Below, in pieces: positions 1-8,124 of a DNA stretch of 64,000 nucleotides. The translations under genes were made by a program, and so were the position numbers. Within the stretch, counting starts at the first letter, position 1. Each line of letters begins with the position of its first letter. The stretch spans positions 4,224,001 to 4,288,000 of the forward strand of contig CBDASK010000003.1 in the NCBI GenBank assembly GCA_965199495.1, written 5' to 3'. Origin of the DNA: Abditibacterium sp. (lineage in GTDB: Bacteria; Armatimonadota; Abditibacteriia; Abditibacteriales; Abditibacteriaceae). The notes below the pieces were generated by a model. The model had not been told where the DNA came from, searched no databases, and worked only from the letters and a program-made list of their open reading frames with translations.

Positions 1-1
1 C

Positions 2-2533
2 GTTTGGCCCAAACTTCCACGTTTTTTTTGAGCGCAATACGCGCAGTTCTTCGCCTCGCCACAGCAGCTTTTCTCCCCAGCGTGCGGGCAAAATTTGATC
101 GTTCAATGTGAAATCAAAGCGACGCGGCGCGCGCCCCTCGAACTCGCGCCAGATCGTCTGGGCCAGAGATTGGGCGTAGGCATCGAAGGCCATTGAGCCG
201 ATGAACTCTTGGCGAACCAACAACCAGCGCGGCCACGACGCGATTTCCGAAAGTGGATCGGTGGCTGGAAGCGGCGTCGTCGCCAGCCCGGTGAATATTG
301 ACGGCACATAATTCTCATAGCTGCCTTCGGGCGCTTTCCCCCAAACCGCTACTCTTGTGTATGCGTGCTCAAGTAACCCCTGTGCCGAATACGCTGAAAG
401 TATCGGCCACGCGCTCAAGCGGTCGTCCTGCGTTACGTCTATGCCCGACGTCGTTTCGTGCAACGTGTGGATTTTTTGACCACGCTCTGCGAAGATTAAA
501 TTTGAGTGCCCGTAAACGAACGCGCCTCGCCCGCCCTCGGTCGGCCCCATCGCCGGATCGTAGAACCACGCTGCATAATCGGCCTCGCCCAGCGTATCGG
601 CCCATTTCTCCACGTCCGAGCCAAACGGCGGCGCCAAATCGAATCCGGCTTTCGTCGGTTGATTGGTGCTGCGGAAATAGTCGTTTCCCGAACTGGATTT
701 GAGCGGATAATGGTTGCGCGGCAAGTAGCGCGACCAATCACCGTTCCCATTGAGTGCGCCCGCCCAATCGCTGCCCAACTCGTAGCCGATTAACTTTTGA
801 AAACATTGTCCTCCGTAGAGATTGCCTCCGTGTTCGTGCAAATCCAAATCGAGCGGCGCATACCGTTCGTTGACCAGCGCCGCTGGCGCGCGCAGCCGAA
901 TGCGTGGATCGAGAGCCGTGATCGAGAAATGTTGGTTATTGAAACCGTCGCTGCTTCCACCATCGGGCAACAAGTATCCGAAAAAGTCGCGCGCCCAGTT
1001 GCCGTCGTTGTTGACATCAGATTCGATGAGAATGGGACGAAACGGCAAAATTGCGGCTTCCCAACCGGGCACATGACGCTTCAGCATCTCAACTGAAACT
1101 TCGAGCTTGGCCTGCGCGCTGGGCAGCGATTCGGGATCGCCCGATTCGACTTCCAGACTGTCCATCGCCATGCGAAAATTAACCGGCGCGGGCGGAGGCG
1201 TGGGCGCCGTCGGTGGAAACTGCGCGGCGAAGCACATCAAAACGGGCGCTATCTCTCGCGTGCCGCGCAGCTTCACGCTGTAGTCAATGCGCCCAATACC
1301 ATTTTCAGACTCGTGCCACTTCGCGTTGATACTGGTTCTTTCCAAATCGGTGCCCAACATCTGCGCCTTGCCTTTAGCCAGCAACGCGTTGATGACCTCA
1401 TCGAAGAACGAAATACCAGTAGTAACGGACGTTTCATTGGGAAGGGGAATTCGCGTAATTTCGTCGCTTTTGCACTCCCACTCGACTGCGCTTGACGGCG
1501 GCGCGGCGGCAGGCACTTCGCGGTCGAAATTGACCTCACGATCAAACGACAACTTTGCGAATTGGATCACGACATCGGCGCCAAAAATTGAGACGCGCAA
1601 AGGCGACGCACGCCATGTCACGGGCGAAAACGTCGGCGAGTTGTTGGCGCCCTTTTTAGCCTGTCCAACCCACCATGTTTCACCATCGATCTCGACTATG
1701 AGCAAACCCGCTTGGATGTAGACCGTCACCACATGACGAGACTTCCACCATTTCTCATCCAGCGCGCCCGCGTCGTCGAAACGCCTGATCAATCTCCATC
1801 GTAACTGGGCGTTTTTATCAGCGCCTTTGCGTTCGAGTTGGACGCGCGCGGTTTTGCCGATGCCGCGAAATACCAGACTCCAACTATTGCCCCACTCCAA
1901 TCGAATCGCAGGCTCACTGGCATGTCCCCACGCCACGCCGTCACAATCGAGCGACCAACTCACGCCTTCATCGGCGCCCCACTGCTCACTGCGAACCTTG
2001 ACCGTGCGATTGGCGGGCGCGGCGCGGTGGTGCAGCCCCGCCCACTGCGGGAAGCGAAGCGGAATCACGCACTCCCATTTGTCGCCCTGTTGGGTGAACC
2101 AATGAAGCACTATCTCACCTTGAGGCAGACGTGGGCGCAGATCGTAATCGGGACTGCCGGGCGGTTTCGCAGGGTCTTCAATCGTCGAATGAACGCGCTG
2201 AAACGCGGGGCGAACCGTCCATCCGCAAAGTTCTTTTTGAGGGTTGGAAGCGGCGGCGGCGCGAACGCCGCGTTCGATGCGGCCACTGCGGTCGCCACCG
2301 ACAAAGCGCACCCATTCCATCGGGCCACTCACATTCTTGATGTATTGTTGGCCTTGCCATTCAAGCGCCTCGAAACCTGTCGCAGAGTTACCTTCGCCGC
2401 CCTCACCTCTATCGGGCAAAATCAGCCCCGAATAGGAATCGTGGAGAGCTACCGGCGTGCGGTAAGCCGCGTCGGGATCGAGCGGCCACACCCACACGCG
2501 CACCTCGGAGTGGACTTCCTGAAGTTGGGGCAT
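2..2533 (-). CDS. Large tail/baseplate-region protein, >840 aa, truncated by the left window edge (absent from the ORF track)
   Basis: ATG at 2533 overlaps the stop of the upstream gene; manual translation (MPQLQEVHSEVRVWVWP...RSKKTWKFGPN) found no stop down to the window edge; function inferred from position after the tape measure. Confidence 0.75.
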   Translation of the reverse strand, partial: MPQLQEVHSEVRVWVWPLDPDAAYRTPVALHDSYSGLILPDRGEGGEGNSATGFEALEWQGQQYIKNVSGPMEWVRFVGGDRSGRIERGVRAAAASNPQKELCGWTVRPAFQRVHSTIEDPAKPPGSPDYDLRPRLPQGEIVLHWFTQQGDKWECVIPLRFPQWAGLHHRAAPANRTVKVRSEQWGADEGVSWSLDCDGVAWGHASEPAIRLEWGNSWSLVFRGIGKTARVQLERKGADKNAQLRWRLIRRFDDAGALDEKWWKSRHVVTVYIQAGLLIVEIDGETWWVGQAKKGANNSPTFSPVTWRASPLRVSIFGADVVIQFAKLSFDREVNFDREVPAAAPPSSAVEWECKSDEITRIPLPNETSVTTGISFFDEVINALLAKGKAQMLGTDLERTSINAKWHESENGIGRIDYSVKLRGTREIAPVLMCFAAQFPPTAPTPPPAPVNFRMAMDSLEVESGDPESLPSAQAKLEVSVEMLKRHVPGWEAAILPFRPILIESDVNNDGNWARDFFGYLLPDGGSSDGFNNQHFSITALDPRIRLRAPAALVNERYAPLDLDLHEHGGNLYGGQCFQKLIGYELGSDWAGALNGNGDWSRYLPRNHYPLKSSSGNDYFRSTNQPTKAGFDLAPPFGSDVEKWADTLGEADYAAWFYDPAMGPTEGGRGAFVYGHSNLIFAERGQKIHTLHETTSGIDVTQDDRLSAWPILSAYSAQGLLEHAYTRVAVWGKAPEGSYENYVPSIFTGLATTPLPATDPLSEIASWPRWLLVRQEFIGSMAFDAYAQSLAQTIWREFEGRAPRRFDFTLNDQILPARWGEKLLWRGEELRVLRSKKTWKFGPN

Positions 2534-3891
2534 CAGTTCACGTCCTCCTTCGCCCATCGCGCGCCCTCGTTATCGGTTCGCCACACAAACAGAGTTCCCG
2601 AACTGGACTCGCGCGCAAACAATCGAATCGCGCCGCCTTCGCCCGCTTCGAGGCTGACGCCGCCCTTGAGCGGCAAAGTCGAACCATCCGTCGTCTCGGC
2701 ACGCCCCGTTTTGGTCACGCTAAATCCGTCGTCGCCACGTTCCAACAACGCGTAAGCGGGCTTTTTTTCGTCGTCGGTGCCATAGAACAAAACTTTGGTT
2801 TGACCAGACAAAACGCAGTTGCAAATCGGCGTGATAGGAAGTGGTTGATTCATGAAACGATTCCAGTCTTCGCCTCGATTGACGGAGAGAAAAGCGCGCA
2901 GTTGGGACGGGTTGCCGCCGGTTGCGCCCACGCACACACGCGCATTGCCTTCGAGCCGGAGCAGTTGCAGGCCACGCAAGCGCGAATCGCGCTCAATGGT
3001 GCCGTTGTCGCCCTCATCTATTTTATCAGTTTCGAGCGTGATGCCGTGCCCATACTCAATTTGTCCTTCGAGCAGAGTCCCTCGCGTCTGGCGCGTGCGA
3101 CGACAGACAACTTTTGGCTTGCTTGCGCTTCGATCAACAAAGACGTGCAGACGTTCACCGGTGCGCGCATCGAGCAAAAACGCTTCGCCCGCCGCGCCTT
3201 CGCGCCCTGAAACCGTGTAGCGCGCCTCGGTAAGAATCGAGCTTTGCCACGAGTCCATCACTGTATCGAGCACCGCGCCTTCGGGAACCTCGACGCGGTA
3301 ATAAGACGATTGCCAGACCGCATGGAAGGTATAGCCTCCGACAGTGGCGGCGCCTTCGGGCATGAATATTGAAAAACCACGCTCGACATCGTATTTCTGG
3401 CGCGGCGTCGCGTTAGGCAAAAACGAAACGGTGTCAATGAATCGCCATGCGCCAGATTGACCGTAAATGTTGAGCGCGTCCACCTGAGCCGGATCATTGA
3501 CATTTTCGACGATAGCGCAGGCTTGCCCATCCACGATGCTGGTTTGCTGCGCGCCGCTACCGCCGTCCCCCAAAGGTTGCCACGTCACCAAGGCCAGCCC
3601 GCCGCCCAGTGAAAGCGCGATTACGCGCGCCGTCCAGGTGATGGTTTGCTCGAACAGAACGCTTGCCGTCAATTTGCCCTGCGCATCGCGAGAACCATCT
3701 TCGCGCAAGCGCACTTTCCACTGCCCTTTCAAATCAACTTGAGAAATGCCAAAATCGCCCGGATTGATAAAAACCTGCACTTCGAGCGCCTTGCGGTAAG
3801 CAAACGCATCCCAGATGTCCTCTACGGGAAGCTCGCCCTTGACGGTGCCGTTTTGTCCGCCCTTGACGTTCTCGAAATCGGTGTAAGCCAC
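2533..3891 (-). CDS. Putative tail/distal tail protein (452 aa)
   Basis: Long ORF with a GAGAGGA RBS; lies in the tail module; no recognised motif. Confidence 0.65.
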   Translation of the reverse strand: MAYTDFENVKGGQNGTVKGELPVEDIWDAFAYRKALEVQVFINPGDFGISQVDLKGQWKVRLREDGSRDAQGKLTASVLFEQTITWTARVIALSLGGGLALVTWQPLGDGGSGAQQTSIVDGQACAIVENVNDPAQVDALNIYGQSGAWRFIDTVSFLPNATPRQKYDVERGFSIFMPEGAATVGGYTFHAVWQSSYYRVEVPEGAVLDTVMDSWQSSILTEARYTVSGREGAAGEAFLLDARTGERLHVFVDRSASKPKVVCRRTRQTRGTLLEGQIEYGHGITLETDKIDEGDNGTIERDSRLRGLQLLRLEGNARVCVGATGGNPSQLRAFLSVNRGEDWNRFMNQPLPITPICNCVLSGQTKVLFYGTDDEKKPAYALLERGDDGFSVTKTGRAETTDGSTLPLKGGVSLEAGEGGAIRLFARESSSGTLFVWRTDNEGARWAKEDVN

Positions 3892-4007
3892 TAATTAACT
3901 TCCTCTCTTGCGATTTGCTTGATCGCATCGGCAGGAAAGCGGCGAGGGAAGTTTCGCTTTTGACCTGGCTTCTCTGGTAAAGGACATGATTCAACCGAGA
4001 TGATTAC

Positions 4008-4232
4008 TCAGGACGCGTGATATTCAATCAGGTCGCTGATACTGGAAACAGAAAAGTAGGCGCAGAGCGTGTCAAGTGTTGCAAGGCGAACGCCGTCGAT
4101 TTTGCCCGATGACACTCGATGGATTGTTGCCAGTGCAAGCCCGGTTTCAGAGGCTATTGTCCGCAGGGGTAAATCTCGTTGTTCCTCAAAAGCCTTGCGG
4201 CGCCGTAAATCTTGAAAGTGCGATTTCATCAT
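4008..4232 (-). CDS. Cro/C1-type (XRE, HTH_26-like) transcriptional regulator
   Basis: LRTIASETGLALATIHRV helix-turn-helix and TLDTLCAYF...ISDLIEY tail; divergent from the island operon. Confidence 0.85.
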   Translation of the reverse strand: MMKSHFQDLRRRKAFEEQRDLPLRTIASETGLALATIHRVSSGKIDGVRLATLDTLCAYFSVSSISDLIEYHAS

Positions 4233-4385
4233 TCTGCCTTGAATTTTCACGCATAGGAAAGACTGTGTGTGCATTGTCCCTTATTTTATCACAAATTAAA
4301 TCTTTTTAGATTTTTTTGTTCTTGTATTCTATAACAAAAAGACTTAAACTGTCGCCGTCCGGCGAAAAGGACGCCGATAAACAGA

Positions 4386-4427
4386 AACGCCCCGCTTGAA
4401 TCTTGGTAGGACGAAAAGCGGGGCGTT
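4386..4427. promoter_or_regulatory. 12-bp inverted repeat in the leader of the island operon
   Basis: AACGCCCCGCTT (4386-4397) / AAGCGGGGCGTT (4416-4427); TTGGTAGGA occurs both in the loop and just after the stem. Confidence 0.5.
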
Positions 4428-4443
4428 GGTAGGAATAAACCCA

Positions 4444-4977
4444 ATGGAAAATATACCACAAAACGCGGGCGATTTCAACGCCCCCAGTGAGAACGCCACC
4501 CCTGCCGTTTCTCCCACTCCTAACCAAGACCTGCTAAAGGTCGGACTTTTCTCGTCCGTTGACCTGATGGCTCTAAGAAGCTTTGGGGATACGCCGATGC
4601 AACTGGCGACGGCGGCGCAAGAGTTAATCGCCGCTACGGAAACTAAGCCTCGCAATGAGTGGGGCAACTACGGACGCTTTGATTTTTCGAGCCAAGCCGA
4701 TAGTGCCCGTAACGCTTATGCGGCGATTCGCATCTGTCGAACCGCCCTCGATTTCCTCGAAGCGGACTTGGCAAAATCGGTCGATTTTGAGAGCTACAAT
4801 TACCGGCAACAGGTATTGCTTTTCACCAAATGGTCGCCTCCAAAGTCAAGGGTAGAGAGTGCCGAGGATGCTTACTGGGAGTTAATGGAGCGGTTGAATG
4901 AGGCGGGCCTGTCTTACGATGAGTTCAAGGAAATCATGGACGAAGAGGCGGGCGACGATGGGGAGGTGGAAGCCTAG
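4444..4977 (+). CDS. Hypothetical protein
   Basis: ORF with an AGGA RBS; acidic C-terminus. Confidence 0.6.
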   Translation: MENIPQNAGDFNAPSENATPAVSPTPNQDLLKVGLFSSVDLMALRSFGDTPMQLATAAQELIAATETKPRNEWGNYGRFDFSSQADSARNAYAAIRICRTALDFLEADLAKSVDFESYNYRQQVLLFTKWSPPKSRVESAEDAYWELMERLNEAGLSYDEFKEIMDEEAGDDGEVEA

Positions 4978-4986
4978 TCGGGCGAC

Positions 4987-5376
4987 GTGGCTGCTGTTGA
5001 TAGCAGCCACGTCGCCCTTGGCCTTGACATGAAACTACAAGCCAAAGGAGACAGCAAACAAAAGCGAGTGACTCGAATTGTCCTCGAAGCCGAAACGCGA
5101 GCCGACGAAGCGGTTTTATATGCGAAGTATTTGGAGTTGAAGGAAGAGACTCCTAAGCTCGCGTCAATCTACCAAGACGTGCTCGACCTGGTCGAAGAGG
5201 GCATCGGCCTCGCCTCCGAAATTTCCGATGCTCTCGACGTTCCTCTGACCGCAATGAACAACCGTCTGGCTCACCTCAAGAAGATGGGCCTCATAGAGCG
5301 CGAAAAGGTTGCCGCCCCTGCTGGCGGGCGCCGCTTCATTTATCGAATTAGTTCGACGGAACAAGGAGATGCTTGA
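4987..5376 (+). CDS. Winged-helix DNA-binding protein (start possibly 5029)
   Basis: ASEISDALDVPLTAMNNRLAHLKKMGLIER...GGRRFIYRI wHTH pattern. Confidence 0.75.
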   Translation: MAAVDSSHVALGLDMKLQAKGDSKQKRVTRIVLEAETRADEAVLYAKYLELKEETPKLASIYQDVLDLVEEGIGLASEISDALDVPLTAMNNRLAHLKKMGLIEREKVAAPAGGRRFIYRISSTEQGDA

Positions 5377-6005
5377 TGAGCGATAAAACTTTCGGCGCAC
5401 GACTGCGCCAGATGCGCGAGGCAGTCGGCATCAGTCGGCGTGACTTGGCGGCGCGCGCGCAACTTTCCGAAACGTATATCGAGAAGGTGGAGCGCGGATA
5501 CAATGCGCCGCCGTCGGCTTTAGCGATTGCCGACATTGCGCGCGCGCTCCGAGTTGACGGCGATGAGCTTTTCGCCCTTGCGGGCAAGCTGGCGCCCGAC
5601 TTGGAGCGCCGCTTACGTTCGGAGCCGTTATTAGTGCTGGCCTGTCGTGCAGCCACGGCGATGTCGTCTTCTGACTTGCGAGCCTTCTTGATCACGCAGG
5701 GAGTGAGCGGGGAGAAGATGGATTGGCAGGGCGCCGAGGTGACGATGAACGACGAAAGGCGGGTGCGGCGGGAGATTATCACTTCGGAAATGAAGCGCGC
5801 AGTCTTTCATCTTGACAGTCACGAGTGCGTTTATTGTTCGTCGGCGAAGTTGCTTGAAGTTGATCATGTTCAGCCGTTTTCATCGGGCGGCACCAATGAC
5901 ATTGAAAATCTGGTGACGGCTTGCGAGAGGTGTAACAAGAAGAAGTCGAATCGTGCCACGCCGTTTGTTATGGTGTTTGGGCGATTTCGGGGGGAGGTAA
6001 AATAA
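5373..6005 (+). CDS. XRE HTH fused to an HNH endonuclease
   Basis: N-terminal FGARLRQMREAVGISRRDLA...YIEKVERG; C-terminal CVYC...EVDHVQPFSSGGTNDIENLVTACERCNKKKS. Confidence 0.9.
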   Translation: MMSDKTFGARLRQMREAVGISRRDLAARAQLSETYIEKVERGYNAPPSALAIADIARALRVDGDELFALAGKLAPDLERRLRSEPLLVLACRAATAMSSSDLRAFLITQGVSGEKMDWQGAEVTMNDERRVRREIITSEMKRAVFHLDSHECVYCSSAKLLEVDHVQPFSSGGTNDIENLVTACERCNKKKSNRATPFVMVFGRFRGEVK

Positions 6006-6007
6006 TT

Positions 6008-7345
6008 ATGAAACGAATGCGCGCCTACAAAGTGGAGCTTGCTCCGAATAATACTCAGAAAACCGCACTGCTTCGTCATTGCGGTGCGGCGCGATTCGTT
6101 TACAATTGGGGACTAAACGCCAAGATCGAAGCTCGCAAAGGCGGCGAAAAGCCTCTGTCCGCCCAAAAGCTGGACGGAGTTTTGCGCTCGATCATGGACG
6201 AAGAATTCCCTTGGATGCGAGAGGTTTCGTCCCAATGCCGCCAGGGGGCGCTCGCCAATCTTGAAGCGGCTTACAAGAATTTTTTCACTCGCTGCAAGAA
6301 AGGCAAAAAGGGGCGCGCAACTGGCTTTCCCAAATTCAAAAGTCGCAAGAATGGACTCGGAGGGTTCGTCGTCTTTGGATATACCATCACGAATGACTCG
6401 GTAAAAATCTCTCGCGTCGGCACCGTTCGACTCAAAGAAAAGGGCTATTTACCGATTGGAGGCTATGGAAAAAATTCTGATACCGTGCGCTTTTATGGTG
6501 CGAGAGTGAGTGAGCGGGCGGGTCGATGGTTCCTTTCTGTTCAAGTTGAGGTCGAAGCGCCCGAACCTGATCAGAAGTCGGAGAGGATTGTTGGCATAGA
6601 TTTCGGCGTGAAAACGTTAGCGGTTTGCAGCGATGGCACCACGTTTCAAAGCCCCAAGGCGCTCAAGGCCAATCTGAAGCGGCTGGCGCGCGCGCAACGT
6701 TCGATGAGCCGTAAGATTGAAGCGGCTAAGAAGTCTGGCCGCGCCTTGCGCGAGTGCAAAAACTTTCAGAAGTCAAAGACGCGCGTGGCGAAAATCCACG
6801 CGCGAGTGGCCGATTTGCGGCGCCATAATCTGCACCACGTTTCTCATGTGCTGACGCGAAAATCAAGCGTTTTGTGCATCGAAGATTTGAACGTGGCGGG
6901 CATGGTGAAAAATCGGCATTTGGCGCGCGCGATTAGCGATTTAGGCTTTGGAGAGTTACGCCGTCAAATCGAATATAAATCGGAGTGGCGCGGCGTTGAA
7001 GTCGTGATTGCAAATCGTTGGTTTCCCAGTTCAAAAACGTGTAATGCGTGCGGACTGGTGAATCAGGAATTACAGTTGAAGGATCGAGAATGGAAGTGTG
7101 AGTGTGGCGAGCGGCATGACCGCGATTTGAACGCCGCTTATAATTTGAGAGATTTGGCCGCGAATCGCGCGGTGTCTGACTGTGGAGGGAAAAGCTCTGG
7201 CGATGCGCTTGCGCGTCGTGAAACTATTCCCTGTGAAGCAGTAAGCGGGCTTGAAACTCTGGTTTCTATCAGCCCCGCACCTACTGAGAACAGTAGCATC
7301 CCTGTGTGGGCGGTCGGGAAAAACGGACAATTACGATGGTGTTAA
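6008..7345 (+). CDS. tnpB: TnpB / Cas12f-like RNA-guided nuclease with intact RuvC
   Basis: RAYKVEL...ARFVYNWGL N-terminus, FPKFKS, RuvC-I GIDFG, RuvC-II IEDLNV, zinc finger CNAC/CECG, RuvC-III DRDLNAA. Confidence 0.95.
   Translation: MKRMRAYKVELAPNNTQKTALLRHCGAARFVYNWGLNAKIEARKGGEKPLSAQKLDGVLRSIMDEEFPWMREVSSQCRQGALANLEAAYKNFFTRCKKGKKGRATGFPKFKSRKNGLGGFVVFGYTITNDSVKISRVGTVRLKEKGYLPIGGYGKNSDTVRFYGARVSERAGRWFLSVQVEVEAPEPDQKSERIVGIDFGVKTLAVCSDGTTFQSPKALKANLKRLARAQRSMSRKIEAAKKSGRALRECKNFQKSKTRVAKIHARVADLRRHNLHHVSHVLTRKSSVLCIEDLNVAGMVKNRHLARAISDLGFGELRRQIEYKSEWRGVEVVIANRWFPSSKTCNACGLVNQELQLKDREWKCECGERHDRDLNAAYNLRDLAANRAVSDCGGKSSGDALARRETIPCEAVSGLETLVSISPAPTENSSIPVWAVGKNGQLRWC
7150..7324 (+). ncRNA. 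TnpB omega/reRNA-like scaffold ending in an anti-repeat (tracrRNA-like); 5' boundary approximate
   Basis: Hairpins at ~7200-7219, 7245-7278 and 7281-7296 (CTACTG-AGAA-CAGTAG); CATCCCTGTG (7297-7306) and GGGAAAAAC (7316-7324) are reverse complements of repeat nt 15-24 and 1-9. Confidence 0.75.
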
Positions 7346-7363
7346 ATCCTATCTGTCATGTGT

Positions 7364-7514
7364 GTTTTTCCCACACGCACAGGGATGGATGGAATACCTC
7401 AAGGCGACCGGCGAACTGCTCGATGTTTTTCCCACACGCACAGGGATGGATGGATTGTTTTCCGACCAACTACACCGAAGCGGGCGTTTTTCCCACACGC
7501 ACGGGGATGGATGG
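7364..7514 (+). CRISPR. CRISPR mini-array: 3 x 29-nt repeats, 2 x 32-nt spacers, type I-E-derived
   Basis: GTTTTTCCCACACGCACAGGGATGGATGG at 7364-7392 and 7425-7453, A18G variant at 7486-7514; spacers AATACCTCAAGGCGACCGGCGAACTGCTCGAT and ATTGTTTTCCGACCAACTACACCGAAGCGGGC; 61-nt period. Confidence 0.93.
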
Positions 7515-7559
7515 CCTTGGGAGGGGCCGGTTGCCTGATGCGTCATTATTGGTGTGGGG

Positions 7560-7680
7560 TGAAGGCACAATGGCTATATGTGGACTTTCTGCGCGGGTGG
7601 CGCCGCGCTTGCACAAAAGTCGCTTGGCATTTATATGGCGACGCGACAATCTCCCTCGAAAGAAATATGAGTAAGGCAAT
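7560..7680 (+). pseudogene. Relic C-terminus of a LAGLIDADG-type homing endonuclease
   Basis: HLYGDATISLER followed by a frameshifted KYE resembles the LYxxATIxLxRKY tail of phage LAGLIDADG proteins. Confidence 0.45.
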
Positions 7681-7722
7681 AGTAGCATTAGCGACCTCAT
7701 CGAATACTCGCCGCCATCATGA
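7681..7722 (+). pseudogene. 3' relic of an XRE HTH gene paralogous to 4008-4232
   Basis: Translates SSISDLIEYSPPS* versus SSISDLIEYHAS* in the intact gene; nucleotide differences over the 9 shared codons are all synonymous. Confidence 0.6.
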
Positions 7723-7723
7723 A

Positions 7724-7752
7724 GTGTTCCCCGCGAGTGCGGGGATGAACCG
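7724..7752 (+). CRISPR. Solitary canonical type I-E repeat
   Basis: GTGTTCCCCGCGAGTGCGGGGATGAACCG, 7-bp stem TCCCCGC/GCGGGGA; no partner repeat 61 nt up- or downstream. Confidence 0.85.
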
Positions 7753-7902
7753 ACTGAGTGAGTTAGCTTTCGCAACGAAGCGATGGCAAAAGCGTCGTAT
7801 AAAGTCCCGCAAAGTGAATCTCTTCTTTTGACCCTTGTCAAAGGCATTAAATTCGCTAAAATTAAGTGAGTGATTCATTCACTCACAGGAGGCAAAACAT
7901 CA

Positions 7903-8124
7903 ATGGCAATAAAATCACGGTCAAGGACGTTCACTGTCGAGCCGTCTTACACAGAACTGGTTAATCCCGCACTTTTTTTGAAGATGTGCAAAAGTAGCAG
8001 AGAAAACATCGAGTTCGTTCGCATAGTCCCGCCGCGCCTCGGCAGCAAAACGGTTGGCGGACGAATTTTGGTCAGGCGCAAAAAACCCATCTATCGGATG
8101 CCATTTCGGAGTCCGATTAAATGA
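7903..8124 (+). CDS. Small basic hypothetical protein (moron)
   Basis: AGGAGG RBS; ATGA overlap with the next gene. Confidence 0.65.
   Translation: MAIKSRSRTFTVEPSYTELVNPALFLKMCKSSRENIEFVRIVPPRLGSKTVGGRILVRRKKPIYRMPFRSPIK

Noticed and set aside
6008..7345. Intact IS200/IS605 or IS607 insertion sequence
   Set aside because: No Y1 or serine transposase, and no space for a left end upstream of tnpB
7515..7575. Possible third spacer and fourth repeat
   Set aside because: No repeat-like sequence at 7547, where the 61-nt period predicts one
7251..7847. ORFs overlapping the array on both strands
   Set aside because: Translations of repeats and relics (FPTRTGMDG, SHTHRDG), not real genes
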